DNA of 64,000 bases, taken from NCBI RefSeq assembly GCF_964204865.1, contig NC_135263.1:8804001-8868000 (forward strand). Reading direction: 5' to 3'. This DNA is from Styela clava. Lineage: Eukaryota. How positions within the stretch are numbered: position 1 is the first letter of the stretch; every line of letters begins with the position of its first letter. The notes beneath the pieces were generated by a model. It was given only the letters and a program-made list of their open reading frames with translations. It searched no databases and was not told where the DNA came from. Of this stretch, positions 25,485-38,600 are shown piece by piece. The translations under genes and the position numbers were made by a program.

Positions 25485-25645
25485 AAAATGCGGGAAACGG
25501 GAAATGCACTAAAATGCGGGAACTGCGGGAACGACGGGAAATTGCAAAAACTAAAATGCGGGAACTACGGGAAATTTCACTAAAAAGCGGGAAATTTCAC
25601 AAAAAGCGGGAATGACGGGAAATCGCTTTAAGGTACGGGAAATAT
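25485..25645. repeat. Irregular array of 11 CGGGAA motifs
   Basis: Counted directly: repeated (CTAAAAT)GCGGGAA / ACGGGAA units, preceded by GGCAACCCT. Confidence 0.8.
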
Positions 25646-25923
25646 TCATGCAGAAAAAATAAACTATCACTAGCCATAGAATTACAGTAGTTTCATGTTT
25701 TCCTTCTTTTATATTTGTACTACCGTACATGTATTATGTTTTCTAAAAAATCTAATAGGATTACGGTACCGGTACTCTATACAAGGACAAAAGCTATGCA
25801 AGCATGTATGGCCAGGAAAGTCTAATCCCAGAACAGCAGAAGTTGTCGTCCAATGCTGTATTCAACAAATGCAATATCAATATTGTTGTGAGAATCAATA
25901 ATAATTACATATAGTCTACATAC

Positions 25924-26654
25924 CTTTTCTATTCCAAACTCAGCGCTAGAATTGCAAAGTATTATAAAAGTTCAAACGGAACCGACAAAACAAAAACACA
26001 ATCAAGTCAAAACTGACGGTTAGTGGCGGTGTTCAAATTCACAAGGTGGCAGCATTGAGCAAAAATATTCGTGAAAGCTTTGTCATGATATTCAGTTAAC
26101 CATGCTAACTATATTCAGTTAACCATGGTGCGGCGTTCATTGTATGTGTGTATGTTAATTTGTCTCACTGTTTAACAGCGTCTGTATAATAAATAAACAT
26201 AAAGATGTCAGATGTGTTGTGACATTCTCATATTCTCGGCGTATAAAGTCATTAGTAAAGCTATAAAATCACAAGTATTGTCAAATCTAATTTGTCTCAA
26301 TATGGATGTCGTTCTTTTACAAAATTACGTACGATTATGATGATATGTGATTAATATCATTGCAGTCTTGGATTTCTATTCAGATCCCAGCGATTCATAT
26401 GAAAATCCTATCCATTCAATAATTACACATATGCTATCGACCAAAACTTGCAATGAAACTGATATTACAGAATTCAAAATACAGATTTAGAAGTTAAGAT
26501 TGATTATTTTGCAGACCTCTCCTTTTTTGTATCTGTGCAGCTGTGGCTTTGCAGCTTTTGTAGGGCTGAAGCCAAAATTGTTATACCGAATGTCTACATT
26601 CTTCCATTCCTTTACTAGAGTTTTATAGTAAATTGATCAGCTTGGTTGAAGACT
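25924..26654. promoter_or_regulatory. Putative bidirectional promoter and 5'UTR region of CETN3 and RPTOR
   Basis: Head-to-head genes, locally raised CpG at about 25980-26250, and a duplicated ATATTCAGTTAACCATG (26088-26127). Confidence 0.5.
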
Positions 26655-29600
26655 ATGTTGGGTCGAGGGATTGAAAAGGATGAAGAAAAAGAGGGGGAGA
26701 CTGTAGATGAGGATGCTGAGATTCTTCATAATATGATGGAAGCAGGATGGAATTTACCTCTGGCATTTCAACAAAAAAGACACTTGGAAAGCATCACAAG
26801 TTCAAAGCCAGTCACACAAACATGGAGAATGAAAGAAAGGGTAATTGTTTAATTTTGTTGATAGAGGTGCGTTTTATTATATGATGTTTTGTAGGTGTTT
26901 CTGTTGTATATTATAACTGTCAATTTTGTTCATTATTATTTAATGATAATTGTATTATTTCATCCAATGTTGCATTTTTGTGAAACATGTATGCATATCT
27001 ATTCATGTAGATCGAATGTTGAAATGTATATTCAAATTAAATTAAGCATTGTATCAAAATTTGTGTTTTCTTATATAAAACCCTTCAGCGGAATATTTAC
27101 TTAGTATGGAAGATATTCACTCAATTGTGATGTTACTGGAATAATATTATTATTTGAATAGTTGAGAATTGGTTTTATAGAAATTCTATTAAATGCAACT
27201 ATTACTTTAAATATAAATATTAATTTGCTATGTATTAATGTTCTTTCAACTAATTCCTTTAACAATAACTGAGTTATTATTATTCACATTATAAACATAT
27301 AAATAAAAATTTCAAATAAAACAGTACACATTTTTCATTACAAGTATAAACACTCTAATACAGCGGTTCTCGGCCGGGGGCCCATGGCCCTGTAAATTGG
27401 CCACAGAGCAGGGCGCAAAACTGATTTTACTTTTCCCTTGACAAGAAAACTTCCTGTTGTTCCTAGTTTCATTGCTTGGAAATGTTATTTCACATGGTAG
27501 ATTCATTTTGTTGAACATGAATTGTTTGAACATAATGGGATTTGGAATCTACCCATCAAAGTAACACTATAAATACCACTGGAATGATAAACAGGGGGCC
27601 ATGAGTGCTGAAAGCTTTCGGAAGGGGGCCACGAGCCATCAAAGGTTGGGAAACACTGCTCTATTGCAATCATTGTATAATATGGGCATGCATTTTTTTA
27701 GCAAGGGATTGATTGGTGATTTTATCTCAGTACTATATTCAATAGTAGCACATTTTATATTTTTAGATGAAGACTGTCAGCGTTGCACTTGTTCTATGTT
27801 TAAATGTTGGTGTCGATCCTCCAGATGTTGTGAAAACAACACCTTGTGCCAGACAAGAATGTTGGATAGGTTTGTTTAATTAAAATACTTTGTTTATTGT
27901 AATAAAGGACTTGAATTATATATAATTTGTTTCTTTTATTATAGATCCATCTAACTACACACCTCAAAAAGCATTGGAAGCAATCGGAAATAATTTGCAA
28001 AAGCAGTATGAAAGATGGCAATCAAGAGTATGATGTTTGAATATTATACTTTGAAAACTTAAAATATTAATAAATAGGTTGACCAAATCTCAGACTGAGA
28101 TCAATGATCAGTGTTGGATGAGATTTACTTGCCATTCAGACAGACCCAGGAACTCTATTAATAGGATAGTTGACATTCTGTTAGTATTTTAGTCTCTGTA
28201 TCTGCATTCATTTTACTACAGGGTTTCTCAAATAGGGCTCTCGGCCCCCCAACGAGTGGTTCTCTCGGGCCACAAGCAGGGCCTAAATAGATTGACTGTG
28301 ATTTTACTATAATGCATTTACTTTCTTTTGTTGAATTTTTTAATATTAAACATGGAACATAAAATAACTGATCAAAATGTAACTTCAAAATTTGGTATTT
28401 TTATAGAGATGCAGGGGGCCATGGATTGTGAAAGTTTAAGAATTACTGTTTTAATACACCCCCCTGTCTTATCATTTTGTATAGAGTTTTAATGTATTGA
28501 TATATATTTCGCTGACCAGATTGTAACATAAAAATTATAAGTCACCTATGGTAAGACAATATATATTCATTCACTTAGTATATTACAAAACAGTTATGTA
28601 TTTATTATTTTGTAGGCTCGTTACAAACAAACTCTAGATCCGACAGTTGAAGATGTCAAAAGATTATGTACTTCATTGCGAAGAAATTCTAAAGAAGAAA
28701 GAGTTTTATTTCATTATAATGGCCATGGCGTTCCGAAGCCAACTGTTAATGGTGAAATTTGGGTATTCAACAAGGTACTTCTTTTTCCTAATACATGTTT
28801 AGCATTATCATAGCAAAAAGAATTAATTAATAATTGTATATTATTTTTAGACATATACTCAATATATTCCGCTATCAATTTATGATCTTCAAACATGGAT
28901 GGGAACGCCATCAATATTTGTCTATGATTGTTCAAATTCTGGTGTTATTGTCAACTCTTTCAAAATGTTTGCAAAACAAAGGGAGAAAGACATGCAGGTA
29001 TGAATTCTATATAGTATTGCCAATCATTGAAAAACGACTCTCGACTTTTATTCAACAAATTTGAATCCCATCTCCTGACTTTAGATTGGGGGGCATCTTG
29101 ACTACCTAATCGTTCCTTCCTCAACGCTATTTTCTTTAACCCTTTTTTTCCGCTGTATACAATCGACTTTATGTACCATTTTATAATATGTAATGACCAG
29201 TTAACCAAACGTACAAGGAACACCCCCAATATCTCTTTAAAAAGCTTATTTTCGCGTCTTCCTACTAAAACGCGCCCAAATGACGTAGGCGAAACCGTTC
29301 GACCCTACGCGTGTAAGAAGAGAGAAATTTCAAAAAATTTTGAGAGAACGTTTCACACTCTTATCGCTTCGATGAACACGTGTTACAAAGAAACGAAATT
29401 CCAAGCGCTCTTCTGAAAGAGAGTTACGTCACCTTTGCAGAAAAACCAGACTCAGCTTCGCAAGCGAAGCGAAACGCGAAATAATCAATGTTATGTGAGA
29501 GCATGTCCACGATAGTTGTCTGGAATCTTTGTTTGTTTATTATGTGCGCGAAATTGTTTCCCGCTTGTTCAAATGACTTATTTTTGAAGTAATGACAAAT

Positions 29601-32600
29601 ACTTTCGTGTATCTCTAAGCTTTGAAATACCTACACAAAAAAAATTCACTTAGTAGTAAAATAAAAAATTTACAAAAAAACAAAATGTTGACAGATCAAG
29701 CACGGATCATAGTTGGATGCTCAAAATGATTTAGTTAGTGCGGAATACTTCACAAAACATGAACATAAACGTAAAATAGTCCGAAAATAATTATTATGAC
29801 CAAGGATGGTAGTACGAATATATATGTCATACGGAACAAAAGAGTTAATGGTCTCTTAAGAATGCATAATATACCTAACTTTTTTAGTTTCCATCTGAAA
29901 TTCTTGCTATTGAATTAGAAGTCGCAATTTTGAAGAATCTGTAATTTTAGCAACAGCATACTCAAGTCCCAAAGTCTAACTCCCTGATTCGGACGACTCA
30001 GTTCTGCCTAGTTCCTAACTCGATTATTCCAGCACTGATAACAATAAAAATTTCTTTCAACAGATCAATGGTATTCATCCAATCGGGCCAAGCATGTCTG
30101 ATGCTAAAAACTGCATCCAGCTTGCTGCTTGTTCAGAATCTCAACTCTTGCCAATGAATCCAGAACTTCCTGCTGACCTTTTTACTTCCTGCTTGACTAC
30201 TCCAATCAAAATTGCACTTCAGTGGTTTTGCCTTCAGAAACATGGCTCCCTGGTGCCCTCAGTAACTCTGTCATTGATTGAGAAGTATGTATTTATTAGA
30301 ATTACAGCTTTTTATTATTGGACGAATGTGAAAAAGAGATTCGAAAGTCAGAATTTTTTAATATACATTCTCTATCGAGTAAAATAGGGACAGAGTGGAA
30401 CAAGTGGAAAATCTCTAAAATATCTTGCCGAAGTATTGTACACTTTCTCGAACAAGTTGATTTCACGCTCCTTTATTAAAAAAAAAATAGTGTCCAAATC
30501 TTTTGTGTGCAATATCTATAATAGGTCTTCGTTACAAGTAAAAAAAAAAAAAAAACTTTCATTTGTTTTCAAGGATTCCAGGAAGACTGAATGACAGAAG
30601 AACTCCACTTGGTGAATTGAATTGGATATTTACAGCCATTACTGATACTATTGCATGGAACACTTTGCCAAGAGGTAAATACAGACAACCCTGGTGATAT
30701 GTAGCAGGCCTAGTTTTTCTATTTGCCTCCATGATATGATCTTATGCTTATCTTAGCTAGTTATTTTTGAGGTGAAGCGCGAGACTTGACAAATTCTAAA
30801 AAGGACGACCTAAAAAGTTTGAGAACCACAGTTCTTAAGTATACAAAAGTATTGCTGCACACTGAAAATAATGTATTTCTGTAATGTTTTTGGCCGTTCG
30901 AAGCCAGACATTGTCAGACAAACATTTGCACACTTATGATTGTATGTAGCAAGACTCTATTTCATCATATAAAGTCTTGAGACTTATCGTAAAAATTCTG
31001 TTTTATATGACCTATCCATATTCATAGTAGAATAAAATTGAATCAAACTCATTTTTCCAGATTTGTTCCAAAAATTATTTCGTCAAGACCTACTCGTTGC
31101 TAGTTTGTTTCGCAATTTCCTACTCGCTGAGAGGATCATGCGTTCATATCACTGCACTCCAGTTTCCCATCCACCTCTGCCCCCTACATTTCGACATCCT
31201 ATGTGGGCAGCATGGGACCATGCTGTGGATATTTGCCTCTCTCAATTGCCCGCTATGCTTGAGGAAGCCAGTAACTACCAGTTTCAGGTTTGCTATACAT
31301 TGAAATCATGAAATTTATGCATTTTCATATGAATATATAGTGTTCTTGAGACTGGAAAAAGATGGTACAAAAAGTTATTTATACGCTTTCTGTTTTAATT
31401 AATATTATGATTTTGTATTCTGTTGATTCCACTCTTTTAAATATGTGGAATTATTTTGGTAGTCTAACTACTTTATCTTAGATGTAGTTTACTATGAGTA
31501 AGTTTGTTACCAAGAAGTCATTCATACAGTAATAATATGGTAAGTTTCACCCAGGCTTTAGAAATGAGACCTACTGTAAGTCTGATATTTTTATAACCAC
31601 AAATAAATAAATGAAAGTTTTGTATTTTCAGCATAGTCCATTTTTCGCCCAGCATCTGACAGCATTTCAAGTATGGCTGAGGTTGGGAGTTGAAGAGCGC
31701 GAACCTCCGGAACAACTGCCTATTGTTCTTCAGGTTTGTTTTAACCCCTTTTGTTTGAATAAAGGATATTATTGTTATTTGTATAAGGAAACACTAACTT
31801 TTATTATTTATTGTGCGATACTTCAGTTCTCCCTGTAGGTCAAAAATGAAATTTTCTATTGCTCGTGGAAAATAAAACGATGAAGGGTAATATTGAATAA
31901 ATTTATTATCATTCTTAATTGAATTAAGGTTGGAGATGTAAATGAAATACCATTATGTATTTTATTTTTTTATTTTATTTTTTTACCATTATTTATTTTT
32001 ACAATACTTCATTGCACTTTGTTTATTAATTTCTTGACTTGTGAAATGTAGGATATGCCTTAGGACGATTAATGCCAAGAAGGCCAGTTAGGGCATGGTA
32101 ATAGCTATTAGCTACTGAATTTAATTGTTTCTTATATATTTGACATAGACATGGCAGATAAGAATACAATATAAAACAAACTGGCACAGTTACACCAATA
32201 TTTTTTCCATTGACTTCAACTACTATACTTAAAGACGTATTGCTATTTTTCTTATTTGAAATAACTGCATTATTTATTCCTAGGTTCTTCTTAGTCAAGT
32301 TCACAGATTGCGAGCACTTGAACTTCTTGGTAGTTTCCTTGATCTTGGACCATGGGCTGTCAGCTTGGCATTATCAGTTGGAATTTTTCCATATGTATTG
32401 AAGCTTCTGCAAAGTTTGGCGAAAGAACTACGACCTCTGCTCGTTTTTATCTGGGCAAAAATTTTAGCTGTTGATTGTGTGAGTAACTTCATAGTATTCA
32501 TGATCTATCGCCAGAATGAAAATGTATAAATGTTGCGATTCAGTTTTTATATCTGTGAAGTTTCACAAATCTACGTTTAACAAGACTCAAGACAATCCAA

Positions 32601-35600
32601 TACCACCTAGCCAATTTGTTATGTTCAACTACCAGTTTTTGCTTTGTTATATAAGGTTCGAAAGTTGTTTTCTCTGTTGTATTATTTTCGTAATAACGTA
32701 AATCTTTCGTAATCTTTTAAATCTTGCTTAGAAGTTTATTGTTGGAGAATTACCCTGAAACATTTATAAACAAGCTATTGTTCTTGTTCACCACTGTTGA
32801 TTCTTTTAGGGTGCATTTCTCTGTCAATAAAAAGTCCTAATTTTTTTTTCAAGGCCTGTCAAGCTGATCTAGTCAAAGATGGCGGTCATCATTATTTCTT
32901 GAGAGTTTTACAAGATCCTCATATGTCATCAGAACATCGGACGATGGCCACGTTTGTGCTTACTGAAATAATGAGAGACTATCCTGCAGGACAGGAAGCC
33001 TGTCTTCAAGCAAACATTGTTGCAACGTGTCTCGACCAATTTGATGACACTTACGCTGGTCCTACTACATGGCAATTAAGACAATGGGTGGCAATATGCT
33101 TAGGTATGTTATTACTAAATAAGCCAATTATAAATCAAAAAATATTGTGCAGATTGACTTATATTTCATTTAATTTTACAATAGGTCATGTATGGACCAA
33201 CTATGATGCTGCGAGATGGAGAGGAGTTAGAGAAAGTGCGCATGAGAAATTATATGAATTGTTAGATGATCCTTATCCAGAGGTAAATGCTACTTTACTT
33301 ATATAATCAAGTTGTGTTAAATAACAGGTCGACCCCAACGGGTTAATTTTATTTCCTAGTAAATTTTATTGCTTATTTTGGATTTGGTATTGAAGTGTTG
33401 CTCGATAGTGATTGGATGGTATCGCAGCGTAGAAACTTGGGAGCTTTTTCCTTGCTCGAGTAAAGCCACACCACAATTTCAAAAAATCACTAATGGCAAT
33501 AATAATATTGAAATAAATGTTATGTAAATATGATTCTTTATATTTTATAATCAAATTTTTGAATTTTGCGGCCATGAAAACACTAAACGCTGTTTGGTAT
33601 TTGAGCATATCCTCAGGTCACATGATAAATTCACAAAATTTGGATCGCTTGAAAAAAAGGTTGGGAACCAATGATCTAGCTCACAGTAATACTAAGATAC
33701 TACTAATACATATATCACAATTTCTGTTCTAATGTTCAGGTCCGAGCTGCTGCAGTATTTGCACTTGGTACTTTCGTAGACAATCAACCAGAAGCTGGTA
33801 GTGATCATGCCACGCATATTGATCATAGTGTTGGTAATGCCCTCATCCCTGTGCGACAAGTTGATGGAAGTCCTCTTGTTCGTAGAGAACTTGCTGCTGC
33901 GTTACAAAGATTCGTTTCTTGTTATGATAGTAGTTTCTGTGCCGTAGCTTGTAGATTTCTGGAAGAAGAAAGGAATCTAGATGCATTGGGTATGTTGTTG
34001 TACCCAAATTACTTTCTTTTTCAATTACTGTACCAATTTTGTGAATGATGACACCTTCAAAATTGAAAAGTGCGCGCACACCTTGTGGCAGTTCCACGAC
34101 CGTTGCAATATAGTGGTCAGTCGTAGTCGGAAAAGTACTGTAATGGTATCTGTATGTACTGTGAAAGATTAGATATCCGTACTACTTCAGATATCCGCAC
34201 TACTTCATGTCCGACTGTCCATATATTTGAGCATTGTTCTCTCGTTCATTTTATAATTCGCTTTCTGAAAATAGTCACTTTTTTATAATGTTGAGAGTTA
34301 GCGCTGGATTTGAAATTTCATATTCTCAGTAGTCTGAATTTTAGACTTCTAATGGTGGTATTTAACAGAAACGAAAAAAGCACTTGTTTTCTTGGCATTA
34401 TCAACAGGCGAATTAGGAGATTGCATACTACAAATATTTGATTTTCTCCGAATTGAAAGAGCAGAAATCATTTATTATAAATGGCTAAGAATTTGGCATC
34501 ACAGCCCCATCAAAATCGGACCACTAAAAAAAATTAACTCTTGTTTGAGTTATTTTGGAGTGCAAACCCCATGTCTACTCACCCAAAGTGTAATAAATCG
34601 AATATACAATGCAGAATGTTCAGAGTGAAGACATAAGAACATTATTTGAAAAAAAAAAAAAAAATATATATATATACATTTGACATATTCATTGCAATTT
34701 TCCAGCTGACCATCATAAAAGATCGGCTTCAGTACAAATGCCATTCGGACCATTACATGGAAAATCTGGAAGAAAACTGAACAGCTCGATTTCTCAAGCT
34801 TCACTGAATCTTACATCGAGCAGAACAAGATATGATAGTTTAGGGACATTACCTGCAAATGTTGCTCTGCTTAAACCTCAAATGAGTGAGTGTTCAAGAT
34901 TGATTTTAATGTTTAGATGTTATTGCGTAAGATATTCTGTTGAGCAAAACTTGTTTTTCAAAGAATCTAGATTTAAGGGCTTTTTTTCTTTAGATATAGT
35001 TGTGTGTATAAATCTGTATTACATTAAATTGAGAAAAAAGGGATTCGGATTTTAAAAATAGTTGTCGTAATAGGGATCCGATAAAGTTATTTCACAGGGT
35101 GTTTTCACTTTGTGAGCATGATTTGTTTGAACATAATGGTATTTGGAATCTACCAATCAAAATAACATTATAAATAGTGCTGGAATGATAAACAGGAGGC
35201 CATGAGCACTAAAAGCCTCCGAAAGAAGGCCACAAGCCATAAAAGGTTGGGAACCACAAAATAAACCATCATGGTTTTGATGCGAAATAATTATATTTTA
35301 AATTGAATTTGACTATGTTTGCAGTAATACCAACTTATTGCACATCCATAATTATTTCAATGTAGATTTAAATCCTCATTTTTTGTAATAATGTGTAGTA
35401 CCTGTCATATTATGCTTTGTTAATTTAGGTTCAGGAGATCTGAATGAATCTTTGAGTCCTGGTAATGATGGTTCGTACTTTCCTCCTGCGAATCAATTTT
35501 CTATCAATCCATCTCCATCTGTTGATGAAGGACCATTGACAACGAAGAGATTAGATAGATTGAGACAAATATCATTCTCTGGTATACCAGCTAATTCAGG

Positions 35601-38600
35601 TAGATGGGTTACTGGCAAATGCATGTGAAAAAATAGTGAAAGCCAAAAAAAGTTATATTCATGAAATAAAAATCATGAATTTTATTTTTCTTATGGCTAT
35701 ATGAATGCTACATTTATAATTTGCGTATCTACTTCGGAGAGAAAAAGGCTGATATAACATGACCTTCTGTCTGGTCCCCAATCCAAAGTGTAGTGAAGGT
35801 ATAGCTATCCAGTCATTAGTACTATGGTGTTAGATGATGGAAGGTGCCATAAAATATCAGCGATGATGTGAACATTCAGAAGTCCTATAACACATATTTA
35901 TTTCTGACAGAAACGCATAAAACCATGCAAAGTTATTTTCAGTGGTAGTGGTAGTATTGCAAATTTTTACACTTGCCTCCATTTATACCGAAACATGCCT
36001 CGATACCACATTTTAGCCTACTATCCTGATCACTCCAATTTATTTCAGGTTTATTATATAGTTCTGTATATACAAACATATGGAAATTACTTCTCTCACT
36101 TGCAATTGATCCTTATCCTGAAGTATCCGAACTCAGTCGTACTATCGTTAGCAATATTTTGGAAAAAGTACAGGTATTATGATAAATTTTTTTCAAATTT
36201 CTTCGATGCTGTTGAAATTCGAAATTATATTTTTCATGAAATTTTAATGATTCAAATGATTGTTATTTTGTGGAAATATGTATTATTTTCAACTGAAATT
36301 ATGATTTATGGCTTTCACCTAGAACTAATTATCCGAAAATTATCATTTTTGACGAAAGTGTTAAATTCCAAACTGTTTGGAACATATGGAAATTCCGCTG
36401 TTTTAAAGACCTTTTTTTTGTTTCAGATATTTAATCGACACAATCAAAAAACCTCTGAATCACAAGAACTGTCATCTTCATTACCTTCTAGTCCGAGATT
36501 ACAAAGAAGATCGTCAACATCTTTTGAAGATTCCGAGTCAGTCACAAATCTATTTTATTCCAACTCTATGCCAGTGTTCCCCTTATTTCATTATTAATTT
36601 TAAACTGTTAAAATGAAAAGTGAACATTATAAATTTCTTTTCTAAATCAAATGTTCTATCTTTCTCATAACAGGAGTGAAGTGGATTCAAAAGTCATACC
36701 AATACCTCTTACACCTTACTCAAGAACAAGAAAATTGTTTGGTCGACCTCCAGATAATAAACCAAATCCCAACTCGCTACCCAGACAGGTAGGTAGCATC
36801 TAACAGAAGTGATTGACTATTTTGATTACAAACAAAAGCTTTTGCAGTGAAACATCACTTTTGTTTTTCAGTCATCTCGAGTTGATATAACTTCGATAAT
36901 AACGCAAGAGAAGATTTGTTCAACTGAATTTTGTGAATGGAGTGCTTCGGTTTTTGCTAAACCTTCAACAAATGTGAGATTATTTATAATTGTTGTTGAA
37001 CGCCTAATACAGGTTATGAGCTAATACTCATCTTGTCTAACATTTCCTAGAATTCTTTGAAAGCCAGGATAAGGGTAATTACACCTTGTTGTTTTTCAAA
37101 CACCAAATTTTATAAAATTATTGTTGTTGTGAAAAAAATGTCTCTGCAACGAATGGACCAATTAAATTTTCAATACTTAATTTCTTCGTGTAGTGCCTAC
37201 TATTGGATTCTATATTTCTCACAAAATTTTGCAATTTTTGCATATCTCGCTACCATTTGGCATTACTTCAGGATCTTTTCGACAAACCCAGTGATAAAGT
37301 AAGGCCTTGCCAGTACCGTTGTTAATTGCTACAGCAATTGGCTTTCGATTTGAAGTGTTTAAATGATTTCAGGGTAGGCCGTATAAGGGCAAAATACTTG
37401 GAGCATTGCTTTCTTGTATTTTTATCAGGTTACCTCAGCTACAGTGGTAGAAGAAGATCCAGTTAAACGTCATTTAAATTTGACAAGATATGTTAACATG
37501 CAGAATGATATAACAAGAATGAGAGAAACTTATGGTAATTATGAGTTTGATATCAGAAATATTTTTTTTTGAATGTATTTGCACTGTCATTCTAAACGAG
37601 GCTCTGTATAAGCTGTCATGTTAGAGGTAGTACATATTAGAGATGACTAAAGTTTTTCAAGTTGATTGTTCCATTTTATCGCTTTTTATGAGGCAGTGTG
37701 ACTAGACTGGCTAGTCGCTAAGTTTATCCCGAGATCTTCTATCCATCTTTCCAATATAATTAGGTCCAACGCTCCAACCAATAAGTGAAGGCCAAATCAC
37801 ATCATTTAAAATCAAATTTTTATTCACCTTACTCCACTATTTAATTGACAATCTATCTCTTATAATTTTCTACCTATTTGATCAGATACAAGCTGTCTCA
37901 GTGAACAACAATTTCAATGGAAAAATTCTCAAATTCCTTCGTGCTTGTGTTTTCATCCTCATGATAAAAGTTTACTCGTTGCTGATAAAAAAGAAATAAG
38001 GTCATTATTTTATTTTTATTTGTTTATTATGAGAAATTACAACTTTGGTTTGAAACATTGACTAGCAGAATTAGAAGATATTTTGGGTCGAGTCAACTAT
38101 AATGAACAATGTTTATGTTAGATTTATTTATATTCTTCAGATTATTCACATAGAAAAATAAAAGCTGATTTCTAGTTGTAAAATTAAATTTTTTACTATG
38201 ATATACTTTACTATGCAAAATGCGGCCTATAAAAATTTCTGTTGCTGTCAATTTGATTGTAAGAGAATGATTCACATAGAAAGTTAAATTTGGTAACTTT
38301 AATAAGATTCTATAAATATTTTAATTTTGTGCTTAATTCGTTTTTTTCTCTCTAGTATATGGAATTGGGAAAAAGGTGTTCGGGAAGGTAAATTTCGCAA
38401 TGGTAATTCCTCAAATACAAAAATATCAAGTATGGAATTTATTAATACATCAGATGATCCTTTGCTACTAGTTGGAACAGGTAATTGGTTTGGATTTTCA
38501 CTGGACAGCTGAGCATTTCATTGATATTTCTAAAATGTAGTTATCTCCTGCGCCTCTGCCTAGAAATAAGGTTATCATTTTCACATGCCACGGTTAAATC

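Noticed and set aside
25485-25645. CRISPR-like array
   Set aside because: Repeats are only 6-14 nt with irregular short spacers, there are no cas genes, and the context is eukaryotic.
35911-35931. Possible third RPTOR microexon (21 nt, phase 1, ETHKTMQ)
   Set aside because: Frame-compatible but the donor (gttatt) is too weak to support.
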